A DNA stretch of 64,000 nucleotides from Trichoplax adhaerens (lineage: Eukaryota; Animalia; Placozoa), in contig NW_002060949.1 in the NCBI RefSeq assembly GCF_000150275.1, forward strand, positions 3,416,449 through 3,480,448, written 5' to 3'. This document shows, one piece after another, positions 14,001 to 27,800 of the stretch. A program made the translations under genes and the position numbers. Below the pieces are notes generated by a model that was not told the origin of the DNA, searched no databases, and worked only from the letters and a program-made list of their open reading frames with translations. Position 1 is the first letter of the stretch; the number at the start of each line of letters is the position of its first letter.

Positions 14001-17000
14001 GATCAAGTTAATTAACTGCAACTATCCTTCGTCTTCAACTTAACCTATAATTTACCTATTAATATGATCTTTATCCCTTCCTTTAACTCGATTAGAGTCA
14101 TTATGTAAATTATTGTATGCTTGATTAGCAGAATGATGACGCTATTATAGAAAAAGAATTCCACACTGTGTGGAGATATCACTTAAGGCTAAATTAGAGT
14201 TCAAGGATTGAAAAGAAAATAAACTACAATCTAATCATCAAAGAGGAAAAAGGTGGAGAATTAACAACAAAAAGAAAAAAAATGAGGGGAAATGAAGTAA
14301 CTTTATCCTATCAATAGATGTAGTTAAATGATGCTAAAATAAAATGCAACAACAATAATAATCAAGACGAGAATTGAAAAAATAGCTATACATTAAATAG
14401 AAAGAAAAGAAATGAATGGACATCAACTTCTTCTCTTTTTGCCTTGTATTTTTTTTTGCCACTGTTGAATTCATGACAATATCCAGACATTTCTATTGTC
14501 ATCTTTATTTTTTATACTTATATGATGTTAATTGATTCACCTGAGGGCTTTGTTCTAGCATTTTTTATACTCTAAATCGATTGGCATTTTCGACTTAATG
14601 TGCCTGTAACCATTTGGCCTCCGCCCCGGCTCGAACGCTATGAATAAGAGCATCTTGTCTTGACTCGTTGTGTCATATACTTTTGTTTACGCCAACAGTT
14701 CAACAAGAAGTGGTTAAGAAGAGGAAAAAGAAAGATTGATTATCATTTCCTTCATGCTGCCTACTGTCTACATATGATCAATCATTGATCTTCGCTCGCG
14801 CGCGCCTTCAACGTAACAACTAGTCTCTATTCTTCCACATCGGCTATCATCGATTATTCTTCAACCAGCAACTATTTCATCCTTTGATTGAAATTTTCCA
14901 GCTATTACCTATCCAATCTACTGCTTAAGATTCAAATTCTTCTTAACACAAGTGGTAAGTATCAATAATTTGTTTTATCATCCATTAGCTTATCTTCTAT
15001 TCAATTGCTATTGAAAGCCTATAAGATAAAGATTCCCATCATGATGATGAATAGGATTGATTGAATGATGATATCTAGCGTTTATAAACCTTTACTTTTC
15101 TCCAATGCTTACCCTTCATGCAATCCAAAATTCACCATTCCATTGACTAACCACGCAAACATATCATGTATGCTATTAAAAAATAGGATATTGCTATTCT
15201 TTACCTTATTCGATTACAATTTAGATCAATCAATCAATGAGCTAATGTATCCTTCCTAGTTTAATTTATTTGCAAACAGAAAAATAGACTCTGTAACTTT
15301 ATTACCGGATATCAATTATCCGATCACATAATTTACCGATACAGTAGATCATGTTGCTATCCCATAGTAGAAAATAGACTCGATAAGATTGTAATTGCTC
15401 AATAGTAATTTATATCATCAGTCAATCATCACAGATTAATGCAAATATTTTGGGGGAATAACTTCGCTTTTCCATTATCGTCTACTGTTTAATTTCATGT
15501 TGATCTCGATCCATTAACTATCTTTATTGACTAATAATATGGTATTTAACAAGTAGAAACCAAGTATTAGACCTCATTGACTATTTTAATCGTTTTACTT
15601 TGGATCGAAAATTACTATTACAGCTAGAGTTGAGTGGAGAATTTATTCAACATCAACTCGATGACTATTGAGTCGAGTTGATATTAATCAAAGGTAGCAG
15701 CTATGCTAATACCGATTATCATGGCTGGGCAAATGGAGCCATACACCATCATCATTTTCATCCTTTTGCATGATGATTTCAACAGTAACCAAGTCTTACG
15801 CTTTCCTCTATTTACACTTGATGTTTATTATACCATTATGCCTGCCGATAGTAGAACTCCTTTTGTCCAATTGGCATCTTTTTTTTGTTAGCCATTTGCC
15901 AACAATTCTTACTAACTGATTATAATACAAAATATGGACTTACTAATCACCGATCTTTACAACGTTTACCTTATGTATTGTCTCCAGTTTGGATTGTTAC
16001 TATTAAACTTCGATTCCGTTATACTACCACTCTATCTATGGCGCTTTGTAGGCACCCTACTTACAATTTAATCATTTCAATAACTCTCTCTAGTAGTTTG
16101 TATTATACATAGACAAATTAAAGATTTCAATTTTTATATTAGTTAAATTGAATCACGCTGATATTTACATCTACGATAATTTAACTTAATCAACGGGAGA
16201 TCGATCGCCAGCTTATTGATATGCAAAATTAAATATAAAACCACTATGCTATCGTGGACCAAAGTTCCTCTGTCTTAATACTTATTCCCATTTTAATAGC
16301 TATCATGCATATACAAGCTAATTGTTGTAGGTTTTAGCAGTTTACGATAAATTTTCACAGTATAGCAAATGATTCAAATCAGTGACTTGTATTTCGCTCT
16401 GAGTGCTGAAATGGACCGTAAATTAGAAAAAAAAGTCTAAAATAGTCAAAGGCAATGAATAATCTTGTTACTAGATTCATCAGCTTTCAAACAGTAAATT
16501 ATGAAAAATAATCCCATTCTTCCCAGCGTTTCGCCAAAGTATAATTTTTATGTTTGCGGAACGCTGATTCTTCCTTCTTTTCGATGGTAAAAAAACACGT
16601 AGAAAAATGAGAAATGGCTTTATTGCCAAAATTAATAATGTAATTACTGCTGGTCGGTAATAATTTGCCTTTCAAATTAATTCATTATCGGTGGCTAATA
16701 ATACATATTCCTATTCAATTGGGTGATAGAAGGAGATCTTCCACCCCTCTTAACATTACAAAACCGAATAGAAGATACAACGACTGCCCTTCACTTTGGA
16801 TTAATTCATTATAATTATCAGCGATGGTAGATTAATTAGCAATAGGCTATCAATTACCCTAGTCACATTTACGAGCTATCCGATTTGCTAATTCTACGCT
16901 ATTCTCTCCAATTTCTTAATGCAGTAACAATGAATACTGCTGTACTCCTTAACTCTTACTTTTATTTCTTATTTAACCCCTATTACGGTAGATAGCGGCA

Positions 17001-18242
17001 GCAGAAAGAATAGCCTTACTCTTCTTATCCCTCATTTTGGAAAGCAGTCATTACTACCGTTAACAATCGCCTTAATCTTAATTTCGCCCTTTACTCTCTA
17101 GTTATGATAGCCTCGATATTGACGAAAAAGGAATAGAGCTCTTCTCTCTTATAGCTAAAACAGATCGGCTGTCTTGTTAAATAAATCCTACCATTTCTTT
17201 TACTGCTTCGTAAGCTATATTACTGTGGTAATAGAATACAAAAAGTGATTTTGATGCAATATCGAGGTTAATACTGACGAAAATAATATTGATGGCGTTA
17301 TGGATGTGTAGAAAATTTTAAACATCGAGTTGAATAGAAGAACAAAAATAACTCCTGTTAGTTAGATTACCAAATAAAATAGGATGAAAACATTTATAGA
17401 CATTGAGAAAAATAACATACATGAAATTTTCAAGACAACATAACAACTTGGGTCTCATCGTCCGTTGATTGTGTAAGCTATTGACACCTGCTATTCTATA
17501 ACAACATTCCCATCTTTCAATAAATTATGACAGATAGACATTTTATTGGAGAAGATTTTCAATTACTCGTAGCAATATAGCTCTTATCATTCTTTACACA
17601 GCATAGAAAATAGTTCTTGTTTGCACCAAGCATTTTTGCTATGTTGTTTTCTTTTGAAATGCTCCCTTATTGAATGCAAACTTTCCTCATTCACCTTGAT
17701 CGTTATTCAAAATGAACTCTTTCGCAGTCGTTGATGACTGTCAAGAAAAAATAGACATTTTAAATAAGGTTTAAGATATCTTTCGGTAACTTAAATGATT
17801 GCATGTCATGAAATGGATAAAATACAGTAGTATCAGTAATCCGAGCATTACCAAATATGCCCAATCGACAATGCTAAGAGCAAAACTATATTTAGTTAGA
17901 TTGTTTGCTTGGATCAATTTCAATAATTTCCCTTACTTGTCCAGTGTAAAATCAATAGTTATCGTTCCTTGCTAATGGACTCTTTTTCCCCTCATCTATT
18001 TATTTTCTATACAAATAACCGTATAATATCTTAATTGAGATTCAAAAATTTCAATATTTTCAGTTTTGTATTTCAAAGGATTATTGCAATTGTCATTTCC
18101 CCTACGTACACCTAAACTATCAATAAGTTTGGACCTGATTCGATTTCAAGCCACCTCAGTTGCTTACTTTGCCTATGATATTGATTTATTAAGCTAAGGC
18201 TTAAAGTTGATTCGATTTTATGCCACTATAGGTAGATATTAT

Positions 18243-18730
18243 TCATGATATTCCTTTCTTAATGGGTTGACTATCAAGCCAATTAAAATTCTACTTTATC
18301 CATGATATTTCTTTCTTAAATTCGTTGACTAAAGGAATGCAGGCCAATCAAAAATTCTACTCTATCCTCGAAATTCCTTTCTGAAATGGATTGAGTAGCA
18401 GAATGCTAGCTAATAAAACTTTTACTCTACCCATGATATTCCTTTCTAAATGGACTGACTGGCAGGATATTAGCTTATAAAAATTCTACTTGATCAATGA
18501 TATTCCTTACTTAATCATATGAGTTGACTAGCATAAAATTCTACTTTCCCTACAATATTCCCTTTTGATTAATTGGATTGACTAGCACGATGCAATCAAA
18601 AATTTTACTTTGTCCATGATATTCCTTTCTTTAGCGGATTAACTACTTAGTATGATGCAAGGTATAAAAATTCTATTTTATCCATGATATTGCGTTCTTT
18701 AATTAATTGACTAGCGAGCCAATAAAAATT
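18243..18730 (+). repeat. Degenerate tandem array, about 8 copies of 55-68 bp
   Basis: Unit catgatattcctttcttaa...ttgacta...aaaattctact; unit starts near 18244, 18301, 18367, 18432, 18496, 18552, 18615, 18683. Confidence 0.9.
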
Positions 18731-21159
18731 CCATCTCCGACATTTAAGGCTGTTATTGTAAGGTAACGGTGAACATTCTATTTTTTCCTTATTACCGCCA
18801 GGATTAGCGAGTGATATTAAGTTATCCTTGAGCCATCAATTAAATTTGTTATTTCATTAATTTCTTATCGTTCTAAACAAGACAAAAGATAAAATGGAAC
18901 CACTCGTTATTGCTGTTGGCTATCCTATTGATGTCAAAATAGAGTTAATGAATCGATTAGAGACATCAATCATATTCCACTTACTTAATTAAGGCAATTA
19001 CCATTGCAATATACACTTTTCTATCTTTAAAATACGAAACAACGCGATAATTTGCAAAGTGATTTCTCTTCCTGATCAAATTATTGATCCATTCACGACT
19101 AGCGCTATAGAATAAACCTTTTTTCGTGGATTTCTATCGGTAGAGTAGAGCTTAAAATTGTGGATTCTATCCGCCTCGATACCTTCTATTCTATGCTCTG
19201 TCATTGTTTTATTTTAAATGTTGCTATTCAAATCCTATTTTGCAAACTAACTTCCTTGCAATTATCTCCGACACTCTATAGTATTTCTTATTACGGATTA
19301 ATCAAGAAAATAAAAAAGAATGTCGTAATCTTCTACTTATTACGCTTAGTATTCTTTTCCACTTTTATTGACATCTTCCCCTTAGATTGATATCAGTTAA
19401 GATTTATATTTCAATGCAAAGGAATGATCAACATAGAAAGTGAATTTATTGAGTAATGAATAAGTAGCATCTACTGTTGATTTTTCTCTCCATGGATTTT
19501 CTTGCCATTCGCTAGAGTTATTCTAGAGTGGCTATCCAAGCTATACCTTGGACAATCTATCTAATATCATTGGATAGGATAGTTATTGCTGTGATCCATA
19601 TCCTTTCAGATTTGTTTCTACCCTTTTCCTTACCTTGACCAATAACGATAGGTTGAAAGATGCTTGCTGCAATCTTTCTCATCATGACGATGGCACCCTC
19701 TACCCCATCTCGTAGACTGATTTATTCCATTCCCTTACATCATTTCTGATTAATTTCTGTTTGTAGAATAAAAATAACCAAGCGTCATTTTTTACTATTT
19801 TTTCAATAGCGAAATCGATTTAATTATCATCAAGTTACTATTGGATAAAATGATATTTTTTTCACTTGACTGGTTTCGTTTTATTGTCTTCCGTTGATCA
19901 AGAGAGTCGATTGACTATGATCAATTTGCATCAAATATGGAACAATAAGTAGCTTTCTTCTTTCTCGATTAAAACCGCATCAAGTAGAGCAAGCATCATT
20001 GATTGTTTGTTTGCTTAGATTGTATACTTATTCACATAGTTTACAGGCTTTGAAGGGAGCTTATTTAGATTAATTATTAACTAATTTTTAACATCGTATC
20101 CACTTGAAATTTTTTTTAAGCACGATCGTAAAATCTCAATAGTCCATTCATGCGAATACTTTCGATCTACCTTGGCTTTCTTCTTGTTTTTCTCCTCTCC
20201 TTTACCATTGCCTAGTATTCCTTTTATCCCATGTCCAGATAAGCGTCTTCAAAAACTATTGATCAGACTGTCGCAAGCTAAATAATTTGATCAACAACAA
20301 CAACAGTGTGAGCAAATTTTATTTGATTTCATCATCCAAATATATATCTAGTGTAGAGCTGTGTAAATATTGACGCATTCCTCTTCGACATTGCTTTTAT
20401 TGGATCTATATCACGCGTAAGAAAGCCTTAACTAAATGTAAGAAGTATCAATATGAATATCATGATCGATCAAGCATTTACAATCAGCTTGATTAACACT
20501 ATTTTTTTTTTCTCATGCTAACTCTAAGTAAAGACAATAAACTTATTTAGGGAAAATTGAATTCGGAAATTGAAATTTTTTTGAAACGTTTATTGTAATG
20601 TTTAGGTTATCTTGACGAATTAAATAACCAATTCAACAACTTTCTTTGTCATCCGTTTGATATTACGGAAGTAAGTAAAAGATTTTCCTGTCATTTATTC
20701 CTTTGATATCAGTATTCAGTTGCCATAGAAAGAAGATTTTATAGCCTTAGACTGTACCAAAAGCGATAACTTCCTTTGCACTTCTCTTTCATACTGGGAA
20801 AAAAATTTTTTTATAGTTGAATTATTGTACTAATTTTGAACTTATCCCTCCAATCAATTTATTAGAGTATTCAAGTGCAAGGTTGCCAAAAAAAACGAAG
20901 TACGTAGACCATCACTTGTCAGTTGACATTAAAAAGAAGAGAAAGAAAATATTTGCAATTCCTAGCCATAGGTATGTATTGATTAGCGATGTCAAAATTA
21001 TGGTGTTAGTTTTACAATATATCCTTCTATCACGGTCATTCAGTTCCATTCCATCTTGGCGAAGATAAATTATCATCGCAGGTGGCTTCTATCTGTAGTC
21101 TGACCACCCTGAGTTTTTTCGACGAGCTTTGTTTTATCGATACGATTTTATTGATGATA

Positions 21160-21480
21160 TTTTGATGATTGGACCAATCCCAAATTAACTCATGTTGTTA
21201 TTTTTTTGACAGTGTTTAGTTTATGAGTGGTAATATTGCCTAACGTGATTATTATATGGATCACCTCATCGGAGTACTGCTGAGTTTATTGACGTTTTAA
21301 GCCAATCTTAGCCCTTGACTGTTTGGATTTCGGTCCCTTTAAGCTCCATTCGCTATCGCCATACATTCTTACACTTTGATCATTTACTTGGATTATTCAA
21401 TTGCTATCCAAATTATCAACGCAATAAGCACGTGCATCAACAAAACTAATTCAAATAAGGCAATCCGCTAATATAAATAA
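21160..21480 (+). promoter_or_regulatory. Putative FoxD proximal promoter
   Basis: Back-to-back CCAAT palindrome gattggaccaatc 21167-21179, agccaatc near 21300, E-box cacgtg 21429-21434, TATA-like tataaata near 21472, about 380 bp before the ATG. Confidence 0.4.
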
Positions 21481-21849
21481 TAATTTGCAAAGAAAGCTCG
21501 ACATTTTCCTTTATAGTCTATGTACCTTTTTTGAAAGTGATCAAAACAGTTTTAATTTTTTATTATCAAGAAAGAGTCAAATTTGCATCGCTTTCAATAT
21601 CTACAACTATTTAAGCTAAGAAATCTGAAAAAAGGTTTGGATTCCCTTCGGACTAACGAATTAAAAGTCCAATATTTGAAATCAAGAATAATCTCTTAAT
21701 TCGTCAATCGAGCGATAGAAAGCCGCCAAATTCAACCTCGATAATAGTACACTACTTTGATCCAAATTGTAACTCAAATCAACCACCATTTTCATATTAT
21801 TTTTAACAACATTTATTCTCCTCTTTCCAACAACTTACTCCAAATCGAT

Positions 21850-23421
21850 ATGGCAAATCATACATCCATCAAACGTAAACGTGATGATCATCATCAGGAT
21901 GAATTGATAGATAAAAGCAAGGATAATAGCAATAATAACAATCATCATGATGTGAAAAATTTACATGATGGTTCAAGAGATTGTAACAAGGAAAATAATC
22001 ATTTGAAGTTAGTAGTCAATGGTCATACAAGAAAGAGTTTAAAATCCAGTCATAAATATGCTAGTCGAGGCGAACAAGAAGAGGATTATCATGATACTCA
22101 TGAAGGTAATGATCATGACATGGAAGAAAACAACATCAGCATTGATATGAATCCTTATCATCATCATCAACATTCTATTAAAAAGGAAAAGGCGATCAAT
22201 AACGATAAATTAAATGCTAATGTCGACCATAAAGGGTTACCAACATCGTATGCTGATGGCAATAATGATGAAGAAGATGACGAAGATGATCGTTGTCATC
22301 ATGATCTTGACCATAAAGACGACGATATGGATGATTTATCTCAATGCCAAGATTTAGATGATCAAACTCAAGGTGGACATAAAAAGCTACAAAAGCATAA
22401 CTTAGTTAAGCCACCCTATTCTTACATTGCATTAATTACTATGGCAATCCTTCAATCACCCCAAAAACGCTTAACCTTAAGTGGTATATGTGAATTTATT
22501 ATGAGCCGTTTTCCCTTTTACCGCGAAAAATTTCCCATATGGCAAAATTCCATACGACATAATCTATCGTTAAATGATTGTTTCGTCAAGATACCGCGCG
22601 AACCTGGCAATCCAGGCAAAGGAAATTATTGGACTCTCGATCCTGCCAGTGAAGACATGTTCGAGAATGGCAGTTTTCTACGACGTCGTAAACGATTTAA
22701 ACGACAGGCATCGTCCAACGAATTAGCCGCCTATAATATTGCTGCACCTCCCTATCATCCACATCATCCACATCATCCACATCATCCTCATCCACCTAAT
22801 CCATCCACTTTAAGCGCTTTTAATCCAATTGCCACACCACCTTATTTACCTAGAGCAGCCACGGCAGCTATGGTAGGCGCAGCTCATGCATCTTTAACAC
22901 CTATTGCAACATCCGCAATGGCAGCCCAAGTAGCGCCGCCATCAGCAGCAACTATAGTTCAAGCAACACCAATGCTCAATCCATCCATGTTAGCAGCAGC
23001 ACCAATGTCATCTAAAGCGAAAGAATTACTCAATTCAGCTTATGCTCAGGGTCAACAAGGCAATCTTGATGCTACCAAACAACAAGGATCATCATCGCCC
23101 TCATCCAAAGATTTCTCCATTGAAAATTTAATTAGTACTGACAAGAAAAATCAATTTCAAGACGATATTAAAGCATCATCAGTCCCTTATAGCATGAAAA
23201 CATCATCGACCATGACACCGGTATTTCAGGCTATGTATGGCCAGCAACAAGCTCTTCCAACTTCAGCATTCCATAATCAATCTTTAATCCGATCTGTTGT
23301 TCCTCCCACACCATACTTAACTTCAGCAGTCATGCATATAGATCCCAGTAAGCAATTTGCCGCATCACCTTACATGCCTTGTCCACCTTACCATTTAGCC
23401 ATGGCTAATGGATGGCGTTAA
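21850..23421 (+). CDS. FoxD: Forkhead box D transcription factor, intronless CDS, 523 aa
   Basis: The ORF track starts at TTG 21757; the first ATG is 21850 (MANHTSIK). The forkhead domain [101 protein letters not shown] is FoxD-diagnostic ([20 protein letters not shown]). C-terminal eh1 motif FSIENLI at 23113-23133. Confidence 0.97.
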   Translation: MANHTSIKRKRDDHHQDELIDKSKDNSNNNNHHDVKNLHDGSRDCNKENNHLKLVVNGHTRKSLKSSHKYASRGEQEEDYHDTHEGNDHDMEENNISIDMNPYHHHQHSIKKEKAINNDKLNANVDHKGLPTSYADGNNDEEDDEDDRCHHDLDHKDDDMDDLSQCQDLDDQTQGGHKKLQKHNLVKPPYSYIALITMAILQSPQKRLTLSGICEFIMSRFPFYREKFPIWQNSIRHNLSLNDCFVKIPREPGNPGKGNYWTLDPASEDMFENGSFLRRRKRFKRQASSNELAAYNIAAPPYHPHHPHHPHHPHPPNPSTLSAFNPIATPPYLPRAATAAMVGAAHASLTPIATSAMAAQVAPPSAATIVQATPMLNPSMLAAAPMSSKAKELLNSAYAQGQQGNLDATKQQGSSSPSSKDFSIENLISTDKKNQFQDDIKASSVPYSMKTSSTMTPVFQAMYGQQQALPTSAFHNQSLIRSVVPPTPYLTSAVMHIDPSKQFAASPYMPCPPYHLAMANGWR

Positions 23422-24479
23422 TTAAAAAAATATCACATCGTGCAAGTAGCGATTGGCTAATCTAATATTCTGTTGCAGTGCTTTAACCGTACAAGGTGAT
23501 AAAATGGTCCTTACATTTTTTCTGTTTTTTTTAACCTAGTAATTATTATTTACGGATGATATTTCTCTCCCATGTGAAAGTAGAGATAAAGGAGAATGAG
23601 TATTTTGAAATTGACGAAATGTTCGTTGAATAGTATTCTGAAATTTTTCCTATAGTGTAGTCTGTCCCCACTATTCTCTCAGTCTTTTTCCTTTTTGAAG
23701 CATAAGTATAACTGTAATGATCGATAATAATATTGATCAGAGTTTATAATTTGTATGCGAATATTATCTATCCTATAATGCAATTATCTGTTTATCCTTA
23801 TATCATATCTATCGCAATATTTAAGTGCAGATATATCTATTATATATATATATATATATTAAAATATAAAAATATGCATATATGCGTACGTTACAAGATC
23901 ACTCAGTCCGTAATATATATGCACATATAGGTATCAGTTTTATGTGCTTGTAGTCTTGGATTCAAAAAAGTTCAATACAATATTAAAAGTGGATTGATAT
24001 AGTCCAGTTTTCATTTTTTTTTTATAGATAGAATACAACAGAAATTAGATAGTAGACAAGAGCTAAGTTATATGTCTAATGATCACGATGATTGGATTTA
24101 GATTCAATTTAAAATGATGTATTTTCTCCCTATGTGTTGAAATGAATATCCTGACGGCATCAGTTATTTGTATATATATATATATCTAGTTCATTATCTC
24201 TGTAAAAAGTCAATAGAAAATCTAGTTAGGGATAGATATCTATGTGGATGTATCAGTGGGTGTTGTACATGCGTCTTGATTATATGGAATTGATAGAGAT
24301 TTATAGATCAACTAGTTGGAAAAATAATTTTTTAAAGATAATATCTTTCATCAACATGAATTTGCCTGAAAAAATGTAATTCTGCCAATATTATCAAGTA
24401 TTACAACGTAACATAAAAGTTGTTCATATATTCATGTTAGCAGTAAAAATCATGTTGGCTATGATTAACCTAGCTAATG

Positions 24480-24860
24480 TATTATTACTACCATTCTTAT
24501 TACCATAATGATCATTATCATCGCTCCTATTATATTATATTATATTATTATTATTATTATTATTATTCTTATTGTTACTGCTACAACTATAATAACCAAT
24601 ATTATTATCACTCTTCCTCCTATTAAAGTAAGTTAAAGTTATTATTATTATTGTTATTATTATTATTATTATTAACATTATTATTATTATTGTTACTATT
24701 ATTCTTATTAATATTATTATTATTATTATTATTACTAATTACTATTATAATTATTATTCTTGTTCCTACTATTCTTATCTTCATGATTATTATCATCATC
24801 ATTATCACCAAAGTTCTTATTATCATCTTCATTATTATCATCGTCATTATTTATACTGTA
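24480..24860. repeat. Imperfect (TAT/ATC)n trinucleotide microsatellite
   Basis: Long tattattat/catcat runs. They explain the poly-Leu/Ile and poly-Asn ORFs at 24623-24902. Confidence 0.95.
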
Positions 24861-27800
24861 TTAGTATCATCAGCATCATCAATATTCTCATTATTCAGCT
24901 AGCCGATTACATAATCGGACTTTTTTCAAATATTGAACCTCCATATCTATGCTGCTCTATACTTTAATATCCATCTACTGTACTTACTTAGCAATCCTAT
25001 ATTGGTCAAATTTTTTACATGCAGTACTGTTCATTTCAGTGTATTTTCTTTCATGTTATGATGATATTATCTTTCAGGTTAATATTTTATTACAATCTGT
25101 ACGCTTTTCTTTTCCTCTTTATTATCAATAAAATACTAATTCTGTCGTAAACTGTTGATAACGATTCAAAACATTTTTATAAATTATTAATGTCATTACC
25201 AGTGGAGAAGCTATTTCAACATTCATTGAAAGTTTATTGCGATTTCACACAAACCTTACTAAATTGGCTACAGTAATAACACGATACTCCTGACTAGGAG
25301 TTAGAATAGGCAAGAAAAATGTCATAACCGTTATTACAATGGCTTTCTTAGTTTGATTATAACTTCTGAATAAAGAAGCTATGAAATGAAATACTTCTAT
25401 ACCATAACAGAGGATTTCATCCTTACTGTATGTACTTATTCACCGCACAATACATGTGAGATTATTGAATATAGATAATCAATTATTTCTTGACTTCTAC
25501 ATCTTATTTCAATATTGCAGCTTATTGAATTTTACTTGGTTGGCAGCTAACAAGAAAATGTTATTACACAGATACAATATATTATTTAGAATATCAGCCA
25601 CCATGAGTCAATTTTTTTAATTCAAAAAATGGAATAAATTCATCATCAATACCATATGACTCGAGCTGAAGTTTATGTGGGCTAGTACAAAATAAATTAT
25701 CCACTAAGTAAGTAGTATTAGGGTATGTTAAATTACAATTGCTGCAATACTAGCGATTTCCTATTTAATCTTAGTTATATTTATCACCACATTTTCGAAA
25801 ATTTAGCGATGATGCTAAATCATATTCGTAACACAAAGACGTTTACCAATTTCCAATATGGCTGTATAGGTAATCCTTTCAATACAGAAAAATTGATTTC
25901 ATCTTAATAACTGATTTAAATTATTAGTAACGTAATGTTGACTGTATTGCATTTTCGAAATTCAAATTATATGCTTAGACGACAATTTACGAGATCATAA
26001 CTAATTATTCACATGTCCATATCATAAATATATGTTCAAATACTATTTGCCGGTTTATTCTATATAAAACTATTCACTCATATACTGTAATAGAAGTACA
26101 GTAATACAAACTAGTATTCCCGAAACAACTATACTTTATTATCAGCATGTAAGGAAAGATTATCATCAAGCAAAGATGTTATTTTATTTTAAGTATCAGT
26201 TTATTAGCGTTAATATTTTACGATTTTATCGCGTCCGTTATTTATATTAATTAATAGATTGAATTAAATATTTTCAATTCCGGTCGATATTTAAGGTATC
26301 GTATGTAAGGGAAGTATCATTCTATTAATAGCACACTTTCAGGAAATCTATTCCGTTAAAATTGAATTATTTTTTCCATTACTGAACTATAACAATTCTA
26401 TCTCATTATCCAAACAAAACTTTCAATCATTTTCAACTTTCTTTTCAGAAAGCCCGAGAATTATGATAACTTTTATGTTACTTTCCGGGCTTGGAATTAT
26501 TTAATATTAAATAACCCAATCATGTATTCTTTAGTAAATATTCGAGGTGGTAACTAATTTAATGAACTTTTAGTAGATTCATCAATTTTGTAAATTATGG
26601 CATTGGTTCTATTTAAGATGACATTAATAAATTATAATGCCTTCTAGTTGTGCAAAATAAACGGATATCCGATAGAGATTAATTATACAAACATTTTATT
26701 GTAGCAAATAACCATGCGTAAAGTAAAACTCTGCTATCTAAACTGACCATTGTAAAATTAAGCGAAAACAGTCGAATGAGGTCAATCTAGTTCTTAGTTT
26801 ATGTTGTTAAGTAGTACAATCTTAGTTTGTTCATTTTAATACAAAATTAGCAAAGTCTTAATCCTGGGTGGAAGAGTAGAAACTTTTCAACTGTTTTTTA
26901 TATTTCTAAATATGCATATTTCAAATAGCGTATTTTTTCACTGCAAGAGTAGGATCTTGATGCTTTATCATTTATTAATTAGGTGGTTCGTGGTAAGGCT
27001 ATACAAGCAAATAAGAAAGCTAGCAGGGTTTTAAATATATTTATTCTATAGAATAAAGACCTTTTGTACCTTATTAATAGCGCTTTCAATGGGATGTTAT
27101 CAGTATGATATTATTCGTGCTGATATTAGCCTCTCAGTCAACTTCGTTTCATATCAGTCTACATCCTCTTATCTTGTGTAGGTTCATATGATCAGAAATG
27201 AACACTAGTGGGAATACACGCTTCAGTGGTTTTAATTTGGAAATAAATCTCTACGTATACTTAAATCTTTAGTGTGCTGTATCATAGTCTTTAGAGAGAA
27301 ATTGATCAGATGTATTCGTAGAGCATTAAAAGAAGATCCAATTTTTAAACCACTTTGGGATAAAATTTGTTTGATTAACATAGCCATGAATTACTAAAGG
27401 AAGACCTAGACCTTCTTCAAATAGTTCATGCTGTAGCTGGGTACTACAAATAGCTACGATATCATATTAGCATAATAGTGAATAACAATGAGTCATGATT
27501 TCCCTGTGATTATTTTTTTATCTTTTAGTTCGTAAAATTTAATAGATTATTTACTGCGATATTTCGACAGGAAATAGTTACCAGTGAATTATTGGCAAAT
27601 ACAGAAATATTTAGAGAATGTTATTTTGGGTGCCACTACGCCAATCATCTTAACAAAGAAAGCAATAACGTTATGCATAATCGTAATTATAGTGAACGAG
27701 TTCTCTATAAATTAAAAATTCCAGAGCACAAAACCAATCACATCGAACATAGTAGTGGTTATGATAAAGAGGGATCTCATACATCGAAAGCTCCAGATCA

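Noticed and set aside
18243-18730. CRISPR-like periodicity
   Set aside because: Whole units are homologous and degenerate with no unique spacers, there are no cas genes, and the context is eukaryotic.
12751-21068. Numerous 60-100 aa ORFs in the FoxD upstream region
   Set aside because: Composition reflects AT-rich non-coding DNA; no domains and no consistent splice-linked frames.
21757-21849. N-terminal extensions in the ORF track (FoxD from TTG 21757; likewise FoxE 58568 and GLDC 36359)
   Set aside because: These rely on non-ATG starts. I used the first in-frame ATG for these eukaryotic genes.
24623-24902. Poly-Leu/Ile and poly-Asn ORFs on both strands
   Set aside because: They are translations of the (TAT)n microsatellite, with no independent coding evidence.
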